A stretch of DNA of 64,000 nucleotides. Source: a virus. The notes under the pieces were generated by a model, which had not been told where the DNA came from, ran no database searches, and saw nothing but the letters and a program-made list of their open reading frames with translations. The stretch is from positions 8,434 to 72,433 of the IMG/VR virus record IMGVR_UViG_3300045747_000653; one strand, written 5' to 3'. A program made the position numbers and the translations under genes. This document shows, in pieces, positions 45,019-52,943 of the stretch. Each line of letters begins with the position of its first letter. The stretch's first letter is position 1.

Positions 45019-45207
45019 ATGCCGCGAGGACGCCAGAGCACGATCACGAACAAGACCGACAAGGACCCGAAGGCCGCGCTGAAGGCCGCCAACGGCAACA
45101 TCGGCGCCGCCGCCGAAGACCTGGGCTGCGCGCGCGCCACGCTGACCAAGCGCCTGCGGGCGATGGGCATCGGGCCGAAGAAGACCGCCGAGCAGAGCGC
45201 GGCGTAG
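45019..45207 (+). CDS. Stand-alone Fis-type HTH protein
   Basis: ALKAANGNIGAAAEDLGCARATLTKRLRAMGI matches the HTH_8 pattern; strong RBS. Confidence 0.8.
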   Translation: MPRGRQSTITNKTDKDPKAALKAANGNIGAAAEDLGCARATLTKRLRAMGIGPKKTAEQSAA

Positions 45208-45321
45208 CGAATCGGCGCCGGATTGGCCGGCGTCCGAGGGCGGGCCCCTCCCGCCGCAGCACCGAGAGCCTGGGCTCGGAACCCACCCAGGCACCTTGCA
45301 GAGCCGACGACCGAGGAGAGC

Positions 45322-45603
45322 ATGACCACCTTCCAGATGCACAAGTGCCCGGAGCAGGGCTGCGGCTACGGTTGGCGCACCGAGGGCCCCGATGGCTCGG
45401 CCGTCCACCTCTCACCGTGCCCGCGCTGCCACCCGTCGGTAGAGATGACGAAGGCGGCCACTGACCTCGCCGAGTCGCTGGTCTACATGCTCGTCGCGAT
45501 CGAGCGGCGCATGGCGGCCGGCAAGATCGCCCACGACATCGAGCTGCAGATGCTGCTCCGGCGCGGCCACGATGCGCTGACCCGCGCGGGGGTGCGGCCG
45601 TGA
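45322..45603 (+). CDS. Hypothetical zinc-binding protein
   Basis: CPEQGC...CPRC; RBS GAGGAG. Confidence 0.55.
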   Translation: MTTFQMHKCPEQGCGYGWRTEGPDGSAVHLSPCPRCHPSVEMTKAATDLAESLVYMLVAIERRMAAGKIAHDIELQMLLRRGHDALTRAGVRP

Positions 45604-46037
45604 GGCGCCTCGCGCCAAGACTGGATCTGCTCTCGATGTCTCCGCTGGACCTCTGTCTTTCGGTTCGTGCCTCCAACTGCATCCAGAACGCGGGAGTGCG
45701 AACCATCGGGGAACTCACCAAGACAACGCCGGAGCAACTCATCAAGACGAAGAATTTCGGCCTCAAATCGCTTGCCGAGATCGAGGCGAAACTGGCCTGC
45801 CTCGGCCTCTCGCTGCTGCGCACCTGCAGCCTGCATACGTGCCGCATGAACATCGCCAAAGAGAAAAAGAAGTCCGACTCCGCCGAGCGCGTGGCCGCAT
45901 CGCTGAGAGATGCACTGAGTAAATACGGGAGACACCTTCCGTCTTGCGCGACGACCGCCGCTCACGACGACTGGAAGTGTTCTTGCGGGTTCCGCTACGC
46001 CATCGACGGTTGGCGCAGCGCGGGGGTGCGGCCGTGA
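45600..46037 (+). CDS. RNA polymerase alpha-subunit C-terminal domain homologue
   Basis: LSVRASNCIQNAGVRTIGELTKTTPEQLIKTKNFGLKSLAEIEAKLACLGLSL. Confidence 0.85.
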   Translation: MRRLAPRLDLLSMSPLDLCLSVRASNCIQNAGVRTIGELTKTTPEQLIKTKNFGLKSLAEIEAKLACLGLSLLRTCSLHTCRMNIAKEKKKSDSAERVAASLRDALSKYGRHLPSCATTAAHDDWKCSCGFRYAIDGWRSAGVRP

Positions 46038-47383
46038 CGACCGCCGACCTCGCGGCCCTCAAGGTAGCGGCCGCGCACGCCGCGCAGACCGTCGTGGTGC
46101 TCGAGCGCGAGCTCGCCGAGGCCCGGGAGCGGCACGCGGCGGCACGCAGGCTGCTCGAGGACGGCGTGGTCCGGTGGTTGGCGGCGCCGGTCGACGTGTC
46201 GTCGGGCTATTGCCCCGCGACCCTGGACGGCGAGCGGTGCGTCTTCGCTGCCGGTCACGCCGGCGACCACATGGCGGGCGGACGGCAGTGGGTCATCGAG
46301 CTATTGCAGGGCCCCGGATTGAGTGGCGATTGCGCGCAGAACACGCGATCGAACCGTCCGGAATCTCCGGAGAGTTCGGAGATTGCGTCCATTCCGTCCA
46401 TTCCGGGACTCAATCCTGACTCAATCGCGGCCACGACGACCGCCGCGCCGACGCCTACCGACGAGCGCGCCCCGCGGTGGGTATCCGACTCGAATCCGCC
46501 ATCCATCTACCACCTGGTCGACTCCGGGAGGGTCGCGGCGTGCGGAGAGGTGCTCGGGGCGAGGCATTACCGGCTCAAGGAGCCGCCCAGCGATGCCCGC
46601 TGCCTCGATTGCGCGGCACGGGTCGTGACCACGACGACCGCCGCTCCGTCGCCGGCCGAGATGCTCGAGCAACTCATCGCCGACGAGGACGAGGTCGGCG
46701 ACGAGGAGATGAAGACGTGCTCCCGGTGCGGCATCCGGCAGACGAAGCGGCACGTGCCGGCTTACTTCGGCGACCCGAACCACAAGACCAAGCACGTCTA
46801 CCTGCGGCCGTTCGCCGGGATGCCTCTCTGCTGGAACTGCAGCACCGAGATGGCGCCCGCCGTCACCCGTCCTCCCGACTGGCTCTACTGCCCTCCGCAC
46901 GCGAAGCCGGGAGACGCGGAGCCGCTCGCCCACGCCTTCCCGGACGGCGAGAGTGCGCTCTGCGGCGCCGGGCGGCCGACGACGACGTGGGCCTGGGCTG
47001 AGGGCCGGTGCGAACGCTGCACGCTATGCCTCGCGAACGAGCGGGGCTCCGACGTCACTCGCTCGCTGGAGTCCGACGCGATCATCCTATGTGGCGCCGG
47101 CGGGTGCTTCCGCCGCGTCGCCGCTGTCGGCGACCGCTGCGAGGACCACCCCGCCAAGGCGCGACCGCCGAAGCTCTGCGAGGTCACGGGCTGCTGCCTC
47201 CCCGGCGCGAGCGCGCCGAACTCGACCGGAGCCTGGTGCCCGGAGCACTCCAAGCTGCCGGGCGAGGAGCGGCGGGCGATTCGGGCGAAGTCAAAGGAAC
47301 TGAAGCGGGAGGCCCGGCTCGAGAAGGCGCGGGCGAAGAAGGCGGCGGAGACGCCGAAGGAAGGCGAGGTCGCGCCGTGGTGA
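46034..47383 (+). CDS. Multi-zinc-finger mosaic protein
   Basis: At least six Cys/His clusters in ~449 aa. Confidence 0.6.
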   Translation: MTTADLAALKVAAAHAAQTVVVLERELAEARERHAAARRLLEDGVVRWLAAPVDVSSGYCPATLDGERCVFAAGHAGDHMAGGRQWVIELLQGPGLSGDCAQNTRSNRPESPESSEIASIPSIPGLNPDSIAATTTAAPTPTDERAPRWVSDSNPPSIYHLVDSGRVAACGEVLGARHYRLKEPPSDARCLDCAARVVTTTTAAPSPAEMLEQLIADEDEVGDEEMKTCSRCGIRQTKRHVPAYFGDPNHKTKHVYLRPFAGMPLCWNCSTEMAPAVTRPPDWLYCPPHAKPGDAEPLAHAFPDGESALCGAGRPTTTWAWAEGRCERCTLCLANERGSDVTRSLESDAIILCGAGGCFRRVAAVGDRCEDHPAKARPPKLCEVTGCCLPGASAPNSTGAWCPEHSKLPGEERRAIRAKSKELKREARLEKARAKKAAETPKEGEVAPW

Positions 47384-48912
47384 GGCCTCCCGAGCTGCGC
47401 ATCCACTCCGACGAGCTCGTGGTCGACTCATTCGCGGGCGGCGGCGGGGCCTCCACCGGCATCGAGTGGGCGCTGGGCCGCTCGCCCGACATCGCGATCA
47501 ACCACGACCCGGAAGCCCTCGCGATGCACCGGGCCAACCACCCGGCGACCCGCCACTACTGCGAGGACGTCTGGGACGTCGATCCGGTCGAGGCGTGTGG
47601 CGGTCGCCGGGTGGGCCTCGCGTGGTTCTCGCCAGACTGCACGTTCCATAGCAAGGCCCGAGGCGGGAAGCCCTTCCGCGACCGGAACAAGGCACGGCGC
47701 CGGCGCGGCCTGGCGTGGCTCGTCGTGAAGTGGGCAAAGGCCGTGAAGCCGCGGGTCATCTGCCTGGAGAACGTCGAGGAGTTCGAACAGTGGGGCCCGC
47801 TGACGGAGGAGGGGACGCCGGACCTCGAGCGGCGCGGCTTCACCTTCCGGCGCTGGCTGGCGAGCCTTCGCGGCTGTGGCTACCAGGTCGAGTGGCGCCA
47901 GCTTCGCGCGTGCGACTACGGAGCGCCGACCTCGCGCAAGCGGCTCTTCGTGGTCGCGCGCTGCGACGGCCTCCCGATCGTCTGGCCGAAGCCGACTCAT
48001 GGGCGCGGGCTCGTCCCGTACCGGACGGCCGCCGACTGCATCGACTGGTCGATCCCGTGCCCGAGCATCTTCGACCGCACGCGGCCGCTCGCGGAGAACA
48101 CGCTCAAGAGGATCGCGCGCGGGATTCGCCGGTATGTGTTCGAGGCGGCGAGCCCGTTCATCGTGCCGGTGACCCACACCGGCGACTCGAGGGTGGCGCC
48201 GATCGATGCGCCGATGAGGACGATCACCACCGCGAAGGGTGGCGAGCTGGCGCTCTGCGCCCCGACCCTCATCCAGACCGGCTACGGCGAGCGCCAAGGG
48301 CAGGCGCCGAGGTCACTCGACCTCCAGAAGCCCCTCGGCACCGTGGTCGGCGGCGGAGCCAAGCACGCGCTCGTCGCCGCCTTCCTCGCCCGCCACTACG
48401 GCGGCCACGAGAACGACGGCGCGCCCGTGCAGATGTCGCTTCCGACAATAACGACGAAGGACCACCACGCGATCGTGACCTCGCATCTGCTCAAGCTCCG
48501 CGGCGGACTCAAGGACCACCACACCACGGCGCAGGCGCTCGACGCCCCGGCTCCGACCATCACAGCCAGCGGCACGCACCTGGCCGAGGTCCGCGCCTTC
48601 CTGATCGCGTACTACGGCACCGACCAGGACGCGCAGCTCTCGCTCCCGATGGCGACGCTGACGACCCACGACAGGTTCGCCCTCGTGGTCGTCCAGGGGG
48701 TCGAGTACGTCATCGCCGACATCGGGATGAGGATGCTGAGCCCGCGCGAGTTGTTCACCGCGCAGGGGTTCGACGCCGACTACCAAATCGAGATCGAGGG
48801 GCTCACGAAGACCGCTCAGGTCCGGATGTGCGGCAACAGCGTCTGCCCGCCGGTCGCTTCGGCCCTCGCTGGCGCGCAGTTCGCGGCTCAAGCGGCAGAG
48901 GAGGCGGCATGA
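47380..48912 (+). CDS. C5 cytosine DNA methyltransferase
   Basis: DSFAGGGG (I), SPDC (IV), ENVEEF (VI), RKRLF (VIII), GNSV (X). Confidence 0.93.
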   Translation: MRPPELRIHSDELVVDSFAGGGGASTGIEWALGRSPDIAINHDPEALAMHRANHPATRHYCEDVWDVDPVEACGGRRVGLAWFSPDCTFHSKARGGKPFRDRNKARRRRGLAWLVVKWAKAVKPRVICLENVEEFEQWGPLTEEGTPDLERRGFTFRRWLASLRGCGYQVEWRQLRACDYGAPTSRKRLFVVARCDGLPIVWPKPTHGRGLVPYRTAADCIDWSIPCPSIFDRTRPLAENTLKRIARGIRRYVFEAASPFIVPVTHTGDSRVAPIDAPMRTITTAKGGELALCAPTLIQTGYGERQGQAPRSLDLQKPLGTVVGGGAKHALVAAFLARHYGGHENDGAPVQMSLPTITTKDHHAIVTSHLLKLRGGLKDHHTTAQALDAPAPTITASGTHLAEVRAFLIAYYGTDQDAQLSLPMATLTTHDRFALVVVQGVEYVIADIGMRMLSPRELFTAQGFDADYQIEIEGLTKTAQVRMCGNSVCPPVASALAGAQFAAQAAEEAA

Positions 48913-49136
48913 CGACATTCCCCTGCCCAGCCTGCCGAGTGGTCGAGCTGAGCGGCTTCCCGCATGAGAAGTACTGCGCCCGCGGCCGCCTCGTCGATGC
49001 TGCGCCCGAACTGCTCGCAGTGCTCAAGCGCTGCATTGATGAGCTTCGATCGGCGATGCGGCAGAACCTCATCGTCGACGGCCGGCTGGTGAAGCACGCC
49101 CACGCGCTCGTCGAGAAGATCGAGGGCAATCGATGA
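48909..49136 (+). CDS. Hypothetical protein
   Basis: ATGA coupling; CPAC and AAPELL motifs. Confidence 0.5.
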   Translation: MTTFPCPACRVVELSGFPHEKYCARGRLVDAAPELLAVLKRCIDELRSAMRQNLIVDGRLVKHAHALVEKIEGNR

Positions 49137-50356
49137 CCCGCCAGGCCTCCCTCTTCGGCGCCGGACGCCGCATCCAGATGGACGAGTCGATCGCCCTCAC
49201 GATCCGCTCGCTCCAGACCTACGGCCCGTCGCACCGGCACTGGGCGATCGCGTGGTCGGGCGGGAAGGACTCGACCACACTCGTGACGCTGATCGTCTGG
49301 CTCATCGAGTCCGGGCGCATCCCGCGGCCGGAGACGCTGACGGTCCTCTACGCCGACACGCGGATGGAACTGCTCCCGCTCGCGTTCGCTGCATCGGACA
49401 TCCGGGGAGAGCTGGCTGAGCGCGGCATCGAGACGCGCACCGTGACGGCGCCGCTCGACAAGCGCTTCCTCGTTTACATCCTGGGCAGGGGCGTGCCGCC
49501 GCCGAACAACAACACGCTCCGGTGGTGCACCCGCCAGATCAAGATCGACCCGATGACGGCGGAGCTGCGCCGTCTGCACGAGCACCGCGGCGAGAAGGTG
49601 CTGATGCTCACCGGCGTGCGGCAGGGCGAGAGCGCGATCCGCGACGGGCGCATCGCGATGTCCTGCGGCAAGGACGGCGGCGAGTGCGGCCAGGGCTGGT
49701 ATCAGGAGACGCTGCCCGAGGCGCTCTGCGACACGCTCGCGCCACTGCTCCACTGGCGGGTCTGCCACATCTGGGAGTGGCTCAAGCACTGGGCGCCGAT
49801 GGCGGAGTATGGCGACTGGTCCACCAGGATGATCGCCGACGCCTACGGTGGCGATGAGGCCGAGGAGATCAACGCGCGCACCGGCTGCGTCGGGTGCCCG
49901 CTCGCGCAGCAGGACAAGGCTCTGGACTCGGTGGTCGCGATGCCGGCGTGGGCGCACCTCGCGCCGCTCAAGCTCTTGCGGCCGCTCTACCGCGAGCTGC
50001 GCGAGCCGAAGGTGCGTCTCAGGAAGGCGGGCCTCGAGCCGCTGAAAGGCGGCGGATTCGCCAAAAACCCGCAGCGCATGGGGCCGCTCACGCTCGAGGC
50101 CAGGCGCGCTGCTCTCGCCCGCGTGCTCGCCATCCAGGCCGAGGTGAACGCTGGCGCCGCGCGGGCCGGTCGCCCTGGCATCGACCTGCTCAACGCCGAG
50201 GAGGTCTCCCGCATCGAGGAGCTGCTCGCGGCCGGTCAGTGGCCCGATGGATGGAGCGGCGACGAGCCGCACGCCGACGAGCTGCTCGAGAAGGTCTTCG
50301 CGGACGGCTCGACGCAGCCGCTCCTGGAAATGTTCGGCGAGCCGGAGGCCACATGA
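49133..50356 (+). CDS. PAPS-reductase family PP-loop protein (DndC-like)
   Basis: WSGGKDS, ADTRME, RWCTRQIKIDP, GVRQGES, RTGCVGCP. Confidence 0.85.
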   Translation: MTRQASLFGAGRRIQMDESIALTIRSLQTYGPSHRHWAIAWSGGKDSTTLVTLIVWLIESGRIPRPETLTVLYADTRMELLPLAFAASDIRGELAERGIETRTVTAPLDKRFLVYILGRGVPPPNNNTLRWCTRQIKIDPMTAELRRLHEHRGEKVLMLTGVRQGESAIRDGRIAMSCGKDGGECGQGWYQETLPEALCDTLAPLLHWRVCHIWEWLKHWAPMAEYGDWSTRMIADAYGGDEAEEINARTGCVGCPLAQQDKALDSVVAMPAWAHLAPLKLLRPLYRELREPKVRLRKAGLEPLKGGGFAKNPQRMGPLTLEARRAALARVLAIQAEVNAGAARAGRPGIDLLNAEEVSRIEELLAAGQWPDGWSGDEPHADELLEKVFADGSTQPLLEMFGEPEAT

Positions 50357-50697
50357 CCCCCCTCGTCGTCTACATCGCGGGACCGCTGGGCAGCCGCCCC
50401 GCGTGGCCCGCCAACATCCAACGCGCGATCGACGCCGCCCAACTCGTGATCAACGCAGGCCACGCGCCGGTCGTGCCGCATTTGCTGACCCACCTGGATC
50501 TGGACATCGAGCGCACCTACGAGACCTGGATGCGGCTCGACCTCGCCACGCTCGCGAAGTGCGACGCCGTCCTCCGCATCCCCGGCGACTCCCCGGGAGC
50601 CGATCGCGAGGTCGCCGAGGCGCAGCGGCTCGGGATCCCGGTGGTGCACAGCGTCGCGGACCTCACCTGCGCCAAGCGCGCGACGGAGGCGGCGTGA
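50353..50697 (+). CDS. DUF4406/nucleoside-deoxyribosyltransferase-like protein
   Basis: VYIAGP...PVVPH...CDAVLRIPGDSPGADREVAEA. Confidence 0.75.
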   Translation: MTPLVVYIAGPLGSRPAWPANIQRAIDAAQLVINAGHAPVVPHLLTHLDLDIERTYETWMRLDLATLAKCDAVLRIPGDSPGADREVAEAQRLGIPVVHSVADLTCAKRATEAA

Positions 50698-50954
50698 CGA
50701 CCCGACTCTACGCGCTGCCGCTGAGGGCCCACGAGAGGCTCGGGATCGACGTCGGCTCCATCTGCTGGGGCTCGTGCGGGAGGGGCAGTGTCGGCTCGAT
50801 CAACCTGGACCGCGACGAGGCGATTCCGTGCTCGGAGCCCGCCTCCGGGTGTCCGCAGCACGACCAGGACTCGGAGCGGCCCTACGGGACCGTGCAGGAC
50901 GGCATGGGTCGGGAGTGCGTGGTGTTCCTGCGGCGGCTGCGGAGGACGGCGTGA
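50694..50954 (+). CDS. Cys-containing hypothetical protein
   Basis: GTGA coupling. Confidence 0.45.
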   Translation: MTTRLYALPLRAHERLGIDVGSICWGSCGRGSVGSINLDRDEAIPCSEPASGCPQHDQDSERPYGTVQDGMGRECVVFLRRLRRTA

Positions 50955-51673
50955 CCTCCCAATGCCCCCGCTGCCAGCGCTACGGAGGCGAGTGCGACGA
51001 CTTCCGCGCCTGCGACGACCGCCAGGAGTTGAACGGGATGGCGAAGGAGTTGAACGAGGCTCGCGCCGAGATCGAGCGGCAGAAGTCAGCGCACGCGACG
51101 TTCAGGTCCATCGCGGAGGCCAACTTCAACATGGCCATCGAGCAGCGCGGCGAGCTGCGGGCGGAGGTCGAGCGGCAGCGCGCACGCGCCGAAGAGGCGG
51201 AGAAGGAGCGCGACGAGGCCGACAGGGCCGTGGCTGACGCTATCGCCGCGCTACAGGACAAGGCCGTGGACTCGATCTGCTCGTGGTGCGGCGCCCTGTC
51301 GACGAAGGACCAGGCCCGAGCACACCTCGCGGTCTGTCCCACGCACCCCCTGCGCGCTGCGGAGGCCCGCGCCGATGCCGCCGAGGCCGAGTTGTCCGGC
51401 TACCTGCGCCACTCCGGACTGACGCGGGCCGACACCCAGGCGCAGGACCTGCTCGCGCTGCTGGACCTGCAACGGGAGCAACTCGACGTCGCATGGGCTG
51501 ACCGACGCGAAGCAGAGAAGGAGAGCCTGGAGATGCAGGAGAAGTGCGACCGGCTGATGGTGGCTCTGCAGGCGCTGCTGCCCTACCTGGATGCGCACCC
51601 AGTCCCGGTGATCGGTGAAGCGCTGAAACAGCAGGCCCGCGCCGCCCTCGCAGAGGTGTACCCCCGTGGCTGA
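50951..51673 (+). CDS. Coiled-coil protein with zinc motifs
   Basis: CPRC, CSWC...HLAVCPTH, heptad-rich. Confidence 0.55.
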   Translation: MTSQCPRCQRYGGECDDFRACDDRQELNGMAKELNEARAEIERQKSAHATFRSIAEANFNMAIEQRGELRAEVERQRARAEEAEKERDEADRAVADAIAALQDKAVDSICSWCGALSTKDQARAHLAVCPTHPLRAAEARADAAEAELSGYLRHSGLTRADTQAQDLLALLDLQREQLDVAWADRREAEKESLEMQEKCDRLMVALQALLPYLDAHPVPVIGEALKQQARAALAEVYPRG

Positions 51674-51944
51674 CCCGCGCTCCCTCATCTCGGCGACCTG
51701 CGACGAGATCAAGTCCCTCCTCCTGGAGAAGAACGCCAAGTACGGCAACTCGGCGCTGGAGCCGGCCCGGATCTTCTCGCGGGCAGACCCGGTGGAGCAG
51801 ATCCGGGTGCGGATCGACGACAAGCTCTCGCGCATCCGCACGACCGGCGAGGCCGCCAGCGACGAGGACACCGCCCGCGACCTCTGCGGCTACCTCGTTC
51901 TCCTGCTCGTGGCGAAGAAGCTCGCGCAAGGGGGCGGACGATGA
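51666..51944 (+). CDS. DUF1599 / nucleotide-modification-associated domain 1 protein
   Basis: LLEKNAKYGNS...RIDDKLSRI...DTARDLCGY. Confidence 0.8.
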   Translation: MADPRSLISATCDEIKSLLLEKNAKYGNSALEPARIFSRADPVEQIRVRIDDKLSRIRTTGEAASDEDTARDLCGYLVLLLVAKKLAQGGGR

Positions 51945-52411
51945 GCGGCGGAAGCTGGAACTCCGAGCACGACGAACGATGCCGCGGCGAGTGCCGCCAC
52001 CCCAGTCACAACTTCGGCTGGCACCAGAAGCGGACCAATAAGAAGCGAGGCGCCTGCGTGGATTGGGTCTGCGACGGACTTGGTCCCGCGCATGGGAGTA
52101 TCGCGATGATCGTGCGGACAAAGAGGCCCTGGCATCTGTCGTGGGCGCCGGGCATCAATCCGAAGCGCAACATGCGACGCTTGCTGCTCTCCGTCGAGCC
52201 AGGGGTGGCGCTCGGTTGGGTGACAGTGCCGGACTGGAATCCAGAGGACGACGACACTGTCCGCCTCATCTGCGCCGCGCCAGAGATGTACGAGGCGCTG
52301 CGTGGCGCGCTGGATGCCATCTCGACCATTGGCAGCATCCCCGGCGGCCCAAGCGACACGGCGCGGAGAATCATAGAGGGCGCGCTGGCGAAAGCGAATG
52401 GCAAGCCATGA
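51941..52411 (+). CDS. Hypothetical protein
   Basis: ATGA coupling; LICAAPEMYEAL motif. Confidence 0.5.
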   Translation: MSGGSWNSEHDERCRGECRHPSHNFGWHQKRTNKKRGACVDWVCDGLGPAHGSIAMIVRTKRPWHLSWAPGINPKRNMRRLLLSVEPGVALGWVTVPDWNPEDDDTVRLICAAPEMYEALRGALDAISTIGSIPGGPSDTARRIIEGALAKANGKP

Positions 52412-52599
52412 TCTGCGCCGTCTGCCACCAGCCACACCCGCAGGACCGCCCGCTCGACGCCGAGGAGCGGGTCGCCTGCTTCCGCGCCGGCTACCACCGG
52501 CTGGAGCAGGAGATCGAGCGGCTCCGGGCGAAGCGGTCATCGGCCGAGGAGATCGCCGAGCAGTGGGCGGCGCACTACCAGCGCGGGAGTGACAGGTGA
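52408..52599 (+). CDS. Hypothetical protein
   Basis: ATGA coupling; CAVCH. Confidence 0.45.
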   Translation: MICAVCHQPHPQDRPLDAEERVACFRAGYHRLEQEIERLRAKRSSAEEIAEQWAAHYQRGSDR

Positions 52600-52943
52600 G
52601 CGCCCTTCAGGACGAGATCAAGGCCGCCGTCGCCGCCGCTCTCCGCGAGGAGCTCCCGCGCCTGCTCCGCGAGGTCACCCCTGCGAACGACCCCACCTCG
52701 CCCGACTCCTGGCTCTCGGTGGCGCAGGCCGCGAAGCTCGGGGCCTTCGAGCCTGGCACGATCGCCGACCACATCGAGCGGGGGAACCTCCCCGCGGCCA
52801 AGCCGAAGGGCTCCCGGGAGTGGCGGATTCGGCTGGCCGACTTCCGGGCCTTCATGGGCTGGCAGAAGCAGCCCGACGCCGTGGACATCGACCGTAGCGT
52901 GAGGCACATCCTCGGACGCGCGCCCGGAGGGGGAGGGCGGTGA
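52596..52943 (+). CDS. xis: Excisionase-like HTH protein
   Basis: WLSVAQAAKL...TIADHIERGNLPA...WRI winged HTH directly before int. Confidence 0.75.
   Translation: MSALQDEIKAAVAAALREELPRLLREVTPANDPTSPDSWLSVAQAAKLGAFEPGTIADHIERGNLPAAKPKGSREWRIRLADFRAFMGWQKQPDAVDIDRSVRHILGRAPGGGGR

Noticed and set aside
49133-50356. Complete Dnd phosphorothioation system or sulfate-assimilation cysH
   Set aside because: No dndA/B/D/E, ssp or cys genes are visible; kept only as a lone PP-loop enzyme
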